Of a DNA stretch of 32,000 nucleotides, positions 16,079 to 24,346 are shown piece by piece. The DNA lies in assembly GCA_031256725.1 (NCBI GenBank), contig JAIRQE010000025.1, positions 1-32,000 of the forward strand, read 5' to 3'. Both the position numbers and the translations under genes were made by a program. The notes under the pieces were generated by a model. It was not told the DNA's origin. It worked only from the letters and a program-made list of their open reading frames with translations, and did no database searches. The DNA is from Propionibacteriaceae bacterium. GTDB lineage: Bacteria; Actinomycetota; Actinomycetes; Propionibacteriales; Propionibacteriaceae. Every line of letters starts with the position of its first letter. The first letter of the stretch is position 1.

Positions 16079-17230
16079 ATGGCTTCACGAAGAAAAACTC
16101 TGCCTGATGATTTCGAACAGATGCTCGCGACCGCGAGTTTCGAGGAACTCGTAGCAGTCTTCGACAAGACCTCCCTGGACGCCTATGGGGGATACCATAA
16201 AGGTACGGCCCTGTCTTTCGCCACATGCCCTGATGAGCTTTCACGATGGCTGGTTGCCCAAGGACTTGATGTTGATGGCTTCGGTAAAGATATCTATACC
16301 CCACTCACAACCCGCATCGACCAGGGTGCGGCCAGCATCCAAATCCTCCTAGATCTGGGAGCGAGCGTCGAAGGCATTAATCATTCACCTGGGTACCAGT
16401 ACAAAACTCCTCTCATCACTGCCGCTGGTCGAGGGGGAACACTGACCGCCCTCACAGAACTCGTTGAAGCCGGAGCCAACCTAATAACCACCTATTGTGA
16501 CCGCAATGCCATGGATACTGCCGTGTGGAGTTGCGATGATCGCTCTTTCGAGGAAGCACTCCCCAAGATCGAGTACCTCGCCTTGCTCACCAAGCCCAAA
16601 CCCACAGGAATCAAGGGGCTCTTCGCCCGCCCCACACCAGTCTTTACGCTCACCGATGAGATCCGCAAAGCCGTCCGCTGTCACGGTCGAGAGTTGGAAA
16701 CTCAGCGGGTCGAGTTGAGCAACCACACCTCCGAGATCCCCTGCTACAGTTGCGAACAATTCGCCAAGTACGAACCCGCCGTACTGCGGTTGTACGAACT
16801 CTTCGACCTTCCACCAGTACCGCCTATCCGCAAACACGACGGCGTATCCCCGATCACAGTCGTCTCCACAGAATGGCGCAAGCAGCACGCCGAACTGTGG
16901 GATTTGCTGGTTCCCATGATCGGCCCCACCGAAACCGCCCAAGGGGAGGCCATCCGCATCTCCGGCCGGTTAGGGTACGAGATCCTCGGCAATGGTGGAG
17001 TCAACTGGGACGGTGATTACCAGGCTATGCAGGACACCCTCCTCGACATCCTGGCAAGCGGAAACCCCTGCAACCCTGAACAGCTGGCCCTAGCCCGACA
17101 ATGTGTACAAGCCACCCGCAAAGGTACAGGGGACGAAGCCCATCTTGATCCCCTCTCCCAACTAGCTGTGTCCTGGGTACTCGCCAACCCTCAGCCCCTG
17201 CCTCGACCTTGGATTTCTTATAAGCGTTAG
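16079..17230 (+). CDS. Ankyrin-repeat protein with an uncharacterised C-terminal domain
   Basis: Ankyrin-like units (TPLTTRIDQGAASIQILLDLGASVEG; TPLITAAGRGGTLTALTELVEAGANL). The roughly 200-aa C-terminal region contains GNGGVNWDGDY. No signal peptide. Confidence 0.55.
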   Translation: MASRRKTLPDDFEQMLATASFEELVAVFDKTSLDAYGGYHKGTALSFATCPDELSRWLVAQGLDVDGFGKDIYTPLTTRIDQGAASIQILLDLGASVEGINHSPGYQYKTPLITAAGRGGTLTALTELVEAGANLITTYCDRNAMDTAVWSCDDRSFEEALPKIEYLALLTKPKPTGIKGLFARPTPVFTLTDEIRKAVRCHGRELETQRVELSNHTSEIPCYSCEQFAKYEPAVLRLYELFDLPPVPPIRKHDGVSPITVVSTEWRKQHAELWDLLVPMIGPTETAQGEAIRISGRLGYEILGNGGVNWDGDYQAMQDTLLDILASGNPCNPEQLALARQCVQATRKGTGDEAHLDPLSQLAVSWVLANPQPLPRPWISYKR

Positions 17231-17259
17231 GTCCTCATCCTTCAGTTGCCTGTGTACGA

Positions 17260-17297
17260 TTTCTTCCATCCTGGCTACGACTTTTCTCACGCAGAAT
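17260..17297 (+). repeat. Family-C repeat, degenerate copy C4
   Basis: TTTCTTCCATCCTGGCTACGACTTTTCTCACGCAGAAT. The leader matches C2 (TTTCCTGCCATCCTG), while the right arm is CGCAGAAT instead of CGCAGGAT. It ends on the vapC stop codon. Confidence 0.5.
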
Positions 17298-17680
17298 TAT
17301 TCTGGGGTGTGGGGAAGGACTTCAACGAGATGAGCCAAGTGTTGGAAGTCTTTGGGGTTGCCAGTAAGAAGGGGCACTCCTAGCTCGAGGGCATGTGCGG
17401 CAATATATGTGTCGATTCTGCGGGCTTGCGCTGGGGCGTGAGTGTGGAGAGCTCGTGCAAGTACACCATAGGCTCGTGTGGTGAGTTCCGTGAAAGGCAA
17501 CCATGAGAACAAGCCATCCAAGTCTCTTAACCTCTGGCGACGTATACTGGCTTGGTTTCCATGAGAGACAGCTAATCCGAATTCAAGTTCGGCTCGTGAC
17601 AGGATTGAGGCAGCATACTCTTGAATAGGATCAAGGTCTGACATTGGCGAGATGAGTACGCTGGTGTCCAAAAGAATCAT
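17297..17680 (-). CDS. vapC: PIN-domain toxin VapC
   Basis: MILLDTSVLI start carrying the first acidic residue, then ELEFG, IDTYIAAHA and LLTGNPKDF blocks. 4-nt overlap with the upstream antitoxin gene. Confidence 0.85.
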   Translation of the reverse strand: MILLDTSVLISPMSDLDPIQEYAASILSRAELEFGLAVSHGNQASIRRQRLRDLDGLFSWLPFTELTTRAYGVLARALHTHAPAQARRIDTYIAAHALELGVPLLTGNPKDFQHLAHLVEVLPHTPE

Positions 17681-17949
17681 CGCTGGTCAAAATCCCGCCC
17701 GAAGTCGTTTTCGCGACTAGCATTCAACTCAGCTTCCCAGTTTTCGGTGTGCTCAGGGGGTATCGGTGCGACACCTTGAATGAGGGCTTGACCTGAAACC
17801 CAGATGCGTCGTACCGGAGTTTGTGGCACCATGATGACCCCCGTGGGCTTCCCATGGGCAGTGATCTGGGCTGGTTCAGAGGTCTCTAGTACACGTCGAA
17901 TCGCGGCAGCAGGATTCTGCTTCAATTCACGAGTCGTAAGGATCACCAT
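17677..17949 (-). CDS. vapB: Antitoxin, Phd/YefM-type (VapB partner)
   Basis: 90 aa, MVILTTRELKQNPAAAIRRVLETSEPAQITAHGKPTGVIMVP. ATGA overlap with vapC. Confidence 0.8.
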   Translation of the reverse strand: MVILTTRELKQNPAAAIRRVLETSEPAQITAHGKPTGVIMVPQTPVRRIWVSGQALIQGVAPIPPEHTENWEAELNASRENDFGRDFDQR

Positions 17950-17955
17950 AGTGAT

Positions 17956-17975
17956 AGTCTACTACCAATGTAGAC
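17956..17975 (-). promoter_or_regulatory. Leaderless-type -10 box overlapped by an inverted repeat (candidate vapBC operator)
   Basis: On the minus strand, TAGACT (reverse complement of 17956-17961) is followed by 6 nt and then ATG 17949. GTCTAC (17957-17962) / GTAGAC (17970-17975) form an inverted repeat across it. Confidence 0.4.
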
Positions 17976-18030
17976 CTACTTCTACATGTATCTATATCTT
18001 TTCAGTTTTCGTGTGGCAGCACCTTTACAC

Positions 18031-18083
18031 TTTGTCATCCTGCGTACTGCGACTGTCGCGCAGCACAGGCTAGTCGTAGGATT
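18031..18083 (+). repeat. Family-C hairpin repeat, copy C3 (expanded loop)
   Basis: TTTGTCATCCTGCG-N30-CTAGTCGTAGGAT. The stem 18037-18044/18075-18082 includes one G-T pair. An inner CTGCG/CGCAG stem lies at 18047-18051/18059-18063. Confidence 0.6.
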
Positions 18084-18214
18084 CAGATACGCCACTCGTT
18101 TATTTTTTCGTATAAATGTCGGGGGTAGATCTGTGTCAAAGTTCGGTGGGTTTAGGCATAAAATCACCACGAAATAATTGAGTTCATATAAACAGGAACA
18201 ATTCAATTTGCGTT

Positions 18215-18225
18215 GGGGGGGGGGG
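18215..18225 (+). repeat. G11 homopolymer tract (candidate phase-variation site)
   Basis: Eleven consecutive G, lying between TTGCGT (18208-18213) and TAGATT (18229-18234), 66 nt upstream of ATG 18291. Confidence 0.9.
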
Positions 18226-18290
18226 TAGTAGATTATTCACGGTACATGGAGCTTCACGGTGGGGTTCAAGCAAACTTGAGGGGTACATAT

Positions 18291-19202
18291 ATGCGTCGGT
18301 TTATATCTCTTTTATGTGCGGGAGCACTAGCATTGTCACTTGTTTCAGTAGGGGCATTAACGGTATAAGCAGCGGAGGATCGCTATATTTCTGGGACTGT
18401 ACATGTGCCAGAAGGTTATGAGCCGTTTGCGCTTAGCATTGTGATCAGTTGGGACTTTGATCGGTATGGCGGACCGTTCCCCCATAGCAGTACTTCTGAA
18501 CCTCTGAATGAAGATGGTACGTACAGAATTAAGGCTCCTGATGTTTCCATGATTCCCGAGGAGCACCGGACAGACACTTTCCAATATGTGATGTCTGTAA
18601 CAGGTGGGGTTGTATCCCCCTCAGGTGAGCTCATCTCAGTCTCAACTGCTTATGCTGGGCCAGGAAAAGCAGACCAAGGTATTGCTGTGAGTTTCTCAGC
18701 GTCAGACTGGCAAACCTGGGACGAAACCTGGGGCACTGTGCCGCATATCACTTTTCCTGATAATGTCACAGAGATTACCGGTATTGATTTTACGGTACAG
18801 GTTCCAGATAGGCCTGCGGAGTTCTTTGTGGGTTTTGATGCTAATGGTGGTGTGAGTGAGTCTGAGATCACTGCTGATGGTCCGTTGTCTGCGGGTGACT
18901 CTTATGTTGTTCCGGGGTCAATGTTTACTCGTGATGGATATACCTTTGATGGATGGTTGGTTGAGTCTCAGGGTGGTTCGGTTCGGTACAACGTCGGTCA
19001 GTCGTTCACGATTACGGGGAATGTGACTTTGGTCGCGATGTGGGTTGCGACTGAGAAGGACCCGGTTGATCCTGGAAAGGATCCAGTTGCTCCTGCCAAG
19101 AAGCCTGTTGCCAAGGTTAGTGCTCCCACTGGTGGTTCCGTTCTACTATCACCTGTTGAAGCGTTGACTGATGCTGCGTTTGCGATGGCTAAGGTCAACT
19201 GA
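18291..19202 (+). pseudogene. Surface protein gene (Listeria-Bacteroides/Flg_new repeat) interrupted by an in-frame TAA after the signal peptide
   Basis: ATG 18291 encodes MRRFISLLCAGALALSLVSVGALTV, then TAA (18366-18368). The same frame continues AAEDRYISGTVHVPEGYEPF... into the tracked ORF 18405..19202. The C-terminal region has FTRDGYTFDGWLVE...VTLVAMW and a Pro-rich linker with a degenerate SAPTGG tail. Confidence 0.7.
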
Positions 19203-19223
19203 TCTTGATCTAGAAAATGAAAC

Positions 19224-19249
19224 GTAGGGGCCCCTTCGGGGGTCCTTAC
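19224..19249 (+). terminator. Hairpin with a TTCG loop after the interrupted surface gene
   Basis: GTAGGGGCCCC-TTCG-GGGGTCCTTAC: 11 pairs including two G-T, 22 nt after the stop, with no clear T tail. Confidence 0.5.
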
Positions 19250-19369
19250 GCTATTTGAAGACAGTTTCCAACGCTCTTCTGCTTTTCGGAAGTTGTACGT
19301 GGCCGGTTTTCCTGGTTCTGTTTATGAGGCGGTATCTCGGCGTAGACTGGGGGTGGAAGGGAGACATGA

Positions 19370-20185
19370 ATGTCTAATCTGTTGAGCGTAATGAATGATG
19401 GGTACGAGATCCCCTCGATTGGGTACGGTACATGGATGGTCCCTGATGCTGAATCAGAGGCTTTGGTACGTGAGGCCCTAGAGGCTGGGTACCGCCACAT
19501 CGACACGGCCATGATCTATGAGAACGAGGTCGGGGTTGGCAAAGGGATCGCTAGGTCCGGGCTTCCCCGTGAAGAAATCTTTGTTACCACGAAGCTGTGG
19601 ATCACAGACATGAATGATCCACAGGGAGCGCTCACAACCTCCCTGCGCAAACTGCAACTCGACTATGTTGACCTCTATCTGATCCATTGGCCAGCACCCA
19701 AGGTGAACCTCTATGCGAAAGCATGGGATGCCCTTATTGAGTTACGTGAAAAAGGGTTGGTGCGAAGCATCGGTGTCTCAAACTTCAACCCCGAACATTT
19801 GGACGCCCTCAAAGGATCAGGTGTCACCCCTTGCATCAACCAGGTCGAAGCGCACCCGAGCTTCCCCAATACCGAGGTCATCACCGCCAATACCGCCCAG
19901 GGTATCCTCACGGAGTGCTACTGCCCCCTAGGCCGCGGAAAGTACCTGACCAGCCCGGTACTAAGTGGCATTGCCTCCCACTTGGATGCCACCGAGGCCC
20001 AGGTCGTACTAGCCTGGCACCTCTCCAAGGGGTACATCCCCCTCCCCAAGAGTGCCACCCCCGCTAGGATCAAAGAGAACCTGGACGTCCAAAAAATAGA
20101 ACTCGCCGATGAAGACATCGCCGCCATAGACTCCCTAGCCACCGGCCGAAAGATCTGTGCCGACCCTGCCGACTTCAACGGTTAG
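19370..20185 (+). CDS. Aldo/keto reductase (2,5-diketo-D-gluconate reductase-like)
   Basis: IPSIGYGTW, GYRHIDTAMIYENE, LDYVDLYLIHWP and IGVSNF blocks. 271 aa. Confidence 0.9.
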   Translation: MSNLLSVMNDGYEIPSIGYGTWMVPDAESEALVREALEAGYRHIDTAMIYENEVGVGKGIARSGLPREEIFVTTKLWITDMNDPQGALTTSLRKLQLDYVDLYLIHWPAPKVNLYAKAWDALIELREKGLVRSIGVSNFNPEHLDALKGSGVTPCINQVEAHPSFPNTEVITANTAQGILTECYCPLGRGKYLTSPVLSGIASHLDATEAQVVLAWHLSKGYIPLPKSATPARIKENLDVQKIELADEDIAAIDSLATGRKICADPADFNG

Positions 20186-20691
20186 TAGGATGCGCGTGCG
20201 TCTGCGAGTGAGAGATATAGGTGCAGTGGATCTGTAGGTGAATGCCTAAAACCTAAGGTCTCGTAAAATTTAGTAGCATTACTGTTGAGTGCGTGGACAA
20301 GGAGAATGCGTACGCCAATGCGGTCGGCAGCAGCCATGGTTGACAGGATGGCATCACGGACAAGGAATCGACCTAAACCTGTAGCCTGGGCTCTCTCGTC
20401 TACTGCCAGTCGCCCAAGGAGGACTGCTGGAACGGGATTGGGAGCATTACGGCGCAGTCTCCCCGCTAGGTGACTGTGTTCAACTGCTATAGCAGACAAG
20501 GTGTAATAACCCACTAGAGATTCAAGGCCAGAGGTATCATCCTTGTCGATGCAGACATAGCAACGAGCAACCCCAGCCACATGATTTGATAAAGCTCGTT
20601 CCACAAGATACTGGTCGAGTGATGCCTCACCTGATGTGAAAGTGGAAAGATTATCGCCTGGATCAATTGGCCGCGGAGCTAACCAGGTCAT
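20182..20691 (-). CDS. GNAT acetyltransferase toxin (TacT-like, DUF1778-associated)
   Basis: 169 aa with LGRLAVDERAQATGLGRFLVRDAI (acetyl-CoA-binding-type block). 4-nt overlap with the upstream DUF1778 gene. Confidence 0.8.
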   Translation of the reverse strand: MTWLAPRPIDPGDNLSTFTSGEASLDQYLVERALSNHVAGVARCYVCIDKDDTSGLESLVGYYTLSAIAVEHSHLAGRLRRNAPNPVPAVLLGRLAVDERAQATGLGRFLVRDAILSTMAAADRIGVRILLVHALNSNATKFYETLGFRHSPTDPLHLYLSLADARASY

Positions 20692-20984
20692 GAGTTCTTA
20701 TCCCATGGAGCAGGTTCAGCAAGGAGGGTCGACAGTGCTTCTATCCGTACTGCAGGTCGATCCAAAATCGCCAAAAACTCAGTCCACGCACTGTCATCCA
20801 AACGAAAAACTCGTCGATCCGCCAATGTGTTTTCAGCCTGCACAATAGCCGCTGTGGTCACGAAGTCTGTTAAGGATTGACCCGTAACAGCAGCAGCGTC
20901 TCTGATCAATGTATCTTGGTCAGGAGTAAGCCTCATCGCCAAGCGAGCATCCTTGCGCTGTCCAGTATCGTGTGCCAATGTCAT
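20688..20984 (-). CDS. DUF1778 (ribbon-helix-helix) antitoxin, TacA-like
   Basis: 98 aa with RLAMRLTPDQDTLIRDAAAVTGQSLTDFV. Paired with the GNAT toxin. Confidence 0.8.
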   Translation of the reverse strand: MTLAHDTGQRKDARLAMRLTPDQDTLIRDAAAVTGQSLTDFVTTAAIVQAENTLADRRVFRLDDSAWTEFLAILDRPAVRIEALSTLLAEPAPWDKNS

Positions 20985-20990
20985 CTATTC

Positions 20991-20996
20991 AGTGTA
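20991..20996 (-). promoter_or_regulatory. -10 box of a leaderless-type promoter for the TacAT-like operon
   Basis: On the minus strand, TACACT is followed by 6 nt (GAATAG) and then ATG 20984. No Shine-Dalgarno. Confidence 0.35.
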
Positions 20997-21026
20997 CGCC
21001 TATTGTACCAACATAGCCAACGTACA

Positions 21027-21213
21027 TGAGGGTGAGATGCATTGAAGATGGGCATCTCTCCTCCAGAAACAAATACCACAGGATTTTTGTGAAGTTATGT
21101 TCCGGGACGTCCCCTCCGAACGGTGTACTTCCGACCACATGTACAACTTCCCACAGCACTCCCGAACTCCTCCATTCGGGGATACGGTCCGCAACAGATG
21201 TCCCCCCCTACGA
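21027..21213 (+). repeat. Family-A repeat, decayed or rearranged copy A3
   Basis: GAGGGTGAGATGCATTGAAG resembles the A2 left end with most of the arm deleted. CTCCTCCATTCGGGGATACGG (21167-21187) and the right-arm-like GCAACAGATGTCCCCCCC match the A1/A2 3' blocks. A second CCTCCGAACGGTGTAC block lies at 21113-21128. No intact long hairpin. Confidence 0.45.
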
Positions 21214-21222
21214 ACTTGAGAA

Positions 21223-22893
21223 TCAGGAACGATGAGCTTGGTAGTACCTAATGAGTGCTTGAGTGGAAGGATCCTGATCGGCTAAGGCACGGGCATCCCC
21301 ACGGATGGCGGGGGCGATCTCCAAGGCCAGCTTCTTCCCGAGTTCGACTCCCCATTGATCGAAGGAGTCGATGCCCCAAATGATTCCTTGAACGAAGGTG
21401 ATGTGCTCGTACAATGCAATCAACTGCCCGATGACTGAGGGGGTCAATGCTGGCGCCATGATCGTGGTGGTTGGACGATTCCCAGGGAAAACCCGGTGGG
21501 GTACCAAGGCCTCGGCGGTGCCCTCCGCTCGTACCTCTTCCTCTGTCTTGCCGAAGGCTAGGGCCTTGGTTTGGGCGAAACAGTTGGCAAGAAGGAGTTC
21601 GTGAACATCTTCGCCACCATCTTTGAGACCGTGGGTGGGGGTGGCGACAGCGATGAAGTCAGCGGGTACGATCTGGGTACCCTGGTGGAGAAGCTGGTAG
21701 AACGCATGTTGCCCATTCGTCCCAGGCTCGCCCCAGTAGATCTCCCCAGTGTCAGTTTCAACAGGGGTACCATCCAGGCGAACCCTCTTGCCGTTGGATT
21801 CCATGGTCAACTGCTGAAGATAGGCCGCGAATCGGTGGAGATACTGCGAATAGGGCAGTACAGCATGGCTTGTCATATCAAGGAAGTCGCGGTACCACAC
21901 CCCCAACAGCCCCATGAGTACAGGCAGGTTCCTGTTGAGAGGTTCGGTACAGAAGTGGCGGTCGATGGCGTACATCCCATCCAGGAATTCCGCGAAAGCC
22001 TCAGGCCCGAAGGCGACAGCCAGACTCGTACCCACTGCGGAGCCGACCGAGTAGCGGCCACCAACCCAATCCCAGAAACCGAAAGCGTTGTCGGGGTCGA
22101 TCCCGAAGGCCTCAACCTTGTCGAGTGCGGTGGATACTGCCACGAAATGCTTGGCCACTGCACCAGCACGACTCGACTCTGAGGAGCCGATGGCATCCTT
22201 GGCTTCCAGGCTCTCCCAGAGCCATTGGCGGGCCAGGCGAGCATTAGTGAGGGTCTCCAAGGTGGTGAAAGTCTTGGATACGACGATGAACAGGGTTTTC
22301 TCGGGATCAAGGTCAGCAGTCTTCTCTGCGAGATCACTGGGATCGATATTGGAGACGAATCGGCACTGCAACCCGGGCTGTACATAGGGTTTGAGTGCTT
22401 CGTAGACCATGGCTGGACCCAGATCGGAGCCACCGATCCCGATGTTGACGATAGTTGTGATCCTCTTACCGGAAGCGCCAACCCATTTCCCGGAGCGTAC
22501 CTGTCGGGCGAAAGCGTAGACCTTGTCGAGTACTTCATGTACGTGAGCAACCACGTTGGTACCCTCGACCTCTAGGGAGTCGTTGCGGGGACGGCGCAGG
22601 GCAGTGTGCAGGACAGAGCGATTCTCAGTGACGTTGATTTTCTCCCCCGAGAACATGGCGTCACGGTGGTAGGGGAGGTCCATTTCTGAGGCCAGATCCA
22701 CTAGGGCAGCCATAATCGCAGGGGTTGCGAGATTCTTGGACAGGTCAACGCAGAGGTCATTTGCTGTGACGGTCATGGAATCCACCCGATTCGCTTCAGT
22801 AGTGAACCAGGCGCGAAGGTCCGGGTTGAAGCTCCGACCCAAGTCAGCGAGGTGTTTCCACGCCTGTGTTGTAGTGGCGTTGTTGGTGCTCAT
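21223..22893 (-). CDS. pgi: Glucose-6-phosphate isomerase
   Basis: 556 aa with [10 protein letters not shown], the [10 protein letters not shown] sugar-isomerase signature, [14 protein letters not shown] and DQWGVELGK. Confidence 0.95.
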   Translation of the reverse strand: MSTNNATTTQAWKHLADLGRSFNPDLRAWFTTEANRVDSMTVTANDLCVDLSKNLATPAIMAALVDLASEMDLPYHRDAMFSGEKINVTENRSVLHTALRRPRNDSLEVEGTNVVAHVHEVLDKVYAFARQVRSGKWVGASGKRITTIVNIGIGGSDLGPAMVYEALKPYVQPGLQCRFVSNIDPSDLAEKTADLDPEKTLFIVVSKTFTTLETLTNARLARQWLWESLEAKDAIGSSESSRAGAVAKHFVAVSTALDKVEAFGIDPDNAFGFWDWVGGRYSVGSAVGTSLAVAFGPEAFAEFLDGMYAIDRHFCTEPLNRNLPVLMGLLGVWYRDFLDMTSHAVLPYSQYLHRFAAYLQQLTMESNGKRVRLDGTPVETDTGEIYWGEPGTNGQHAFYQLLHQGTQIVPADFIAVATPTHGLKDGGEDVHELLLANCFAQTKALAFGKTEEEVRAEGTAEALVPHRVFPGNRPTTTIMAPALTPSVIGQLIALYEHITFVQGIIWGIDSFDQWGVELGKKLALEIAPAIRGDARALADQDPSTQALIRYYQAHRS

Positions 22894-22899
22894 AGACTC

Positions 22900-22905
22900 A
22901 CTCTA
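22900..22905 (-). promoter_or_regulatory. -10 box of a leaderless-type promoter for pgi
   Basis: On the minus strand, TAGAGT is followed by 6 nt (GAGTCT) and then ATG 22893. Confidence 0.35.
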
Positions 22906-23041
22906 GTGGTTTCGCGTACAATAGTCCCTACACGTCGTCCGAGAGGACGCATTTGATGACCCAAAAGTATCTGGAGCGCGGGGATTGACTATGGTGCGAT
23001 GTCCCTGCGGTCAAAAACGAGGATCCATTGTGGAGGCAGGT

Positions 23042-24037
23042 GTGAAAAACCTCAAGACTCACCTTGTAATGGTTGGAGTCCTGCTGGCGTCCGTCTGTGG
23101 ACTCAGTTGGGTTGCGGTACCCCAAGCTTCAGCTGAACCTGAGCAGGTTTCAATCTCTGTCAGTGCTAACGCCGATGACACCCATGTTGTTGTGACTGGC
23201 TCTGTACACACTCTGGCAGGCGCAAGTGTATCCTCGATCTCGCTCACAATCTCTCTAGGAAGTGTTGGTCAGGCGACTGCTGTCACCGCTGGTGACGGTT
23301 CCTACTCCGCCCGTTTCCCTCGTCCGGCGCCAGCCACCTATACGGTCAAAGCAGCCTGGGGGGGAAATTCCCTTTACGCGGCATCCTCAGGTTCGGCCTC
23401 GGTTATTGTAGGCGTACCAGCGAAAACAAAGACCGCTATGAGTATGGATATTTCACCCACAGAGGTTCTACCAGGCGGGGTGGTTACGATCAGTGGTTTC
23501 GTTGCGGGTGGGGGACGCCCCATTGTGTCAGCAATGGTGAGCCTCACAACGACGTACGGCGGTCTTGATCCCATAGCTGTCACCAATGGTGATGGGTACT
23601 TCGAGTCCTCAATGTCGATACCTGAGGAAGAAGGGTTCCCATCAAGCTTCTCTGTCACTGCTGTATTCCCAGGAGACTCCGTGTACGAGGGCAGCAATGC
23701 GAAGGTTTCGGGGACCATCCAAACCCCGCCACCAGCCCCGACTGAGGAACCCACTGAAGAGACCACAAGTACATCCACCCCATCGGCAATTCAGACCGAT
23801 ACTGCCAAAAATAAGCCTGATGCGATCATGAGTACCTTTGGGCCATCCGATGCAGTCGCACTCGGTGGGGAACACATGGTGCTCGTTGAAATCCTCTTCC
23901 TCGTGGTTGCTTTCGTCGCAGTGGGTACCCTGCTTATCTTGGGGATCATCTCCCATTCCAAGAAGGCTTTGGAGCGTGGGGAACGCCGAGGATTCGGATC
24001 GGACTTTGGCAAAGAAGAACCCTCTGCCATTCATTGA
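23042..24037 (+). CDS. Secreted, membrane-anchored protein with two Ig-like repeats
   Basis: The start is taken at GTG 23042, 5 nt after GGAGG (23032-23036). Signal peptide VKNLKTHLVMVGVLLASVCGLSWVAVPQASA. Repeated blocks GDGSYSARFPRP...AAWGGNSLYAASSGSASV and GDGYFESSMSIP...AVFPGDSVYEGSNAKVSG. Thr/Pro-rich linker and a C-terminal transmembrane helix. Confidence 0.7.
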   Translation: MKNLKTHLVMVGVLLASVCGLSWVAVPQASAEPEQVSISVSANADDTHVVVTGSVHTLAGASVSSISLTISLGSVGQATAVTAGDGSYSARFPRPAPATYTVKAAWGGNSLYAASSGSASVIVGVPAKTKTAMSMDISPTEVLPGGVVTISGFVAGGGRPIVSAMVSLTTTYGGLDPIAVTNGDGYFESSMSIPEEEGFPSSFSVTAVFPGDSVYEGSNAKVSGTIQTPPPAPTEEPTEETTSTSTPSAIQTDTAKNKPDAIMSTFGPSDAVALGGEHMVLVEILFLVVAFVAVGTLLILGIISHSKKALERGERRGFGSDFGKEEPSAIH

Positions 24038-24241
24038 AAATGAGGTTTATCTTGGTGGTCTTTGCCGGAAGTCCGAGGGGATTGGGGGCTAGTGTGTCAG
24101 GTGAGGCCTGGTTCGTTTTTGGCACGTTTTCGTGTCAGGGGGATAGGTCTGCCTGAGAGATCGTGCGCTCCATATGTTGCCGGAGTCTCACCCATCGACA
24201 TCAAGTACCTAATCCACGTCCTGCTTTTTTGGTTATCTGAG

Positions 24242-24271
24242 GTGACAACTCTCGTACTAAGCGGGTAGACT
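24242..24271 (+). promoter_or_regulatory. Candidate promoter of the rpsF operon
   Basis: GTGACA (24242-24247), an 18-nt spacer, then TAGACT (24266-24271). This would give a 5' UTR of about 70 nt before ATG 24347. Confidence 0.35.
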
Positions 24272-24346
24272 GTGCGGTCGGCGTAAAAACGCTTTCTCCT
24301 GCTACGGGACCTCCTCGTGGCCGATAGTCCAAAGGAGACCACGCTT

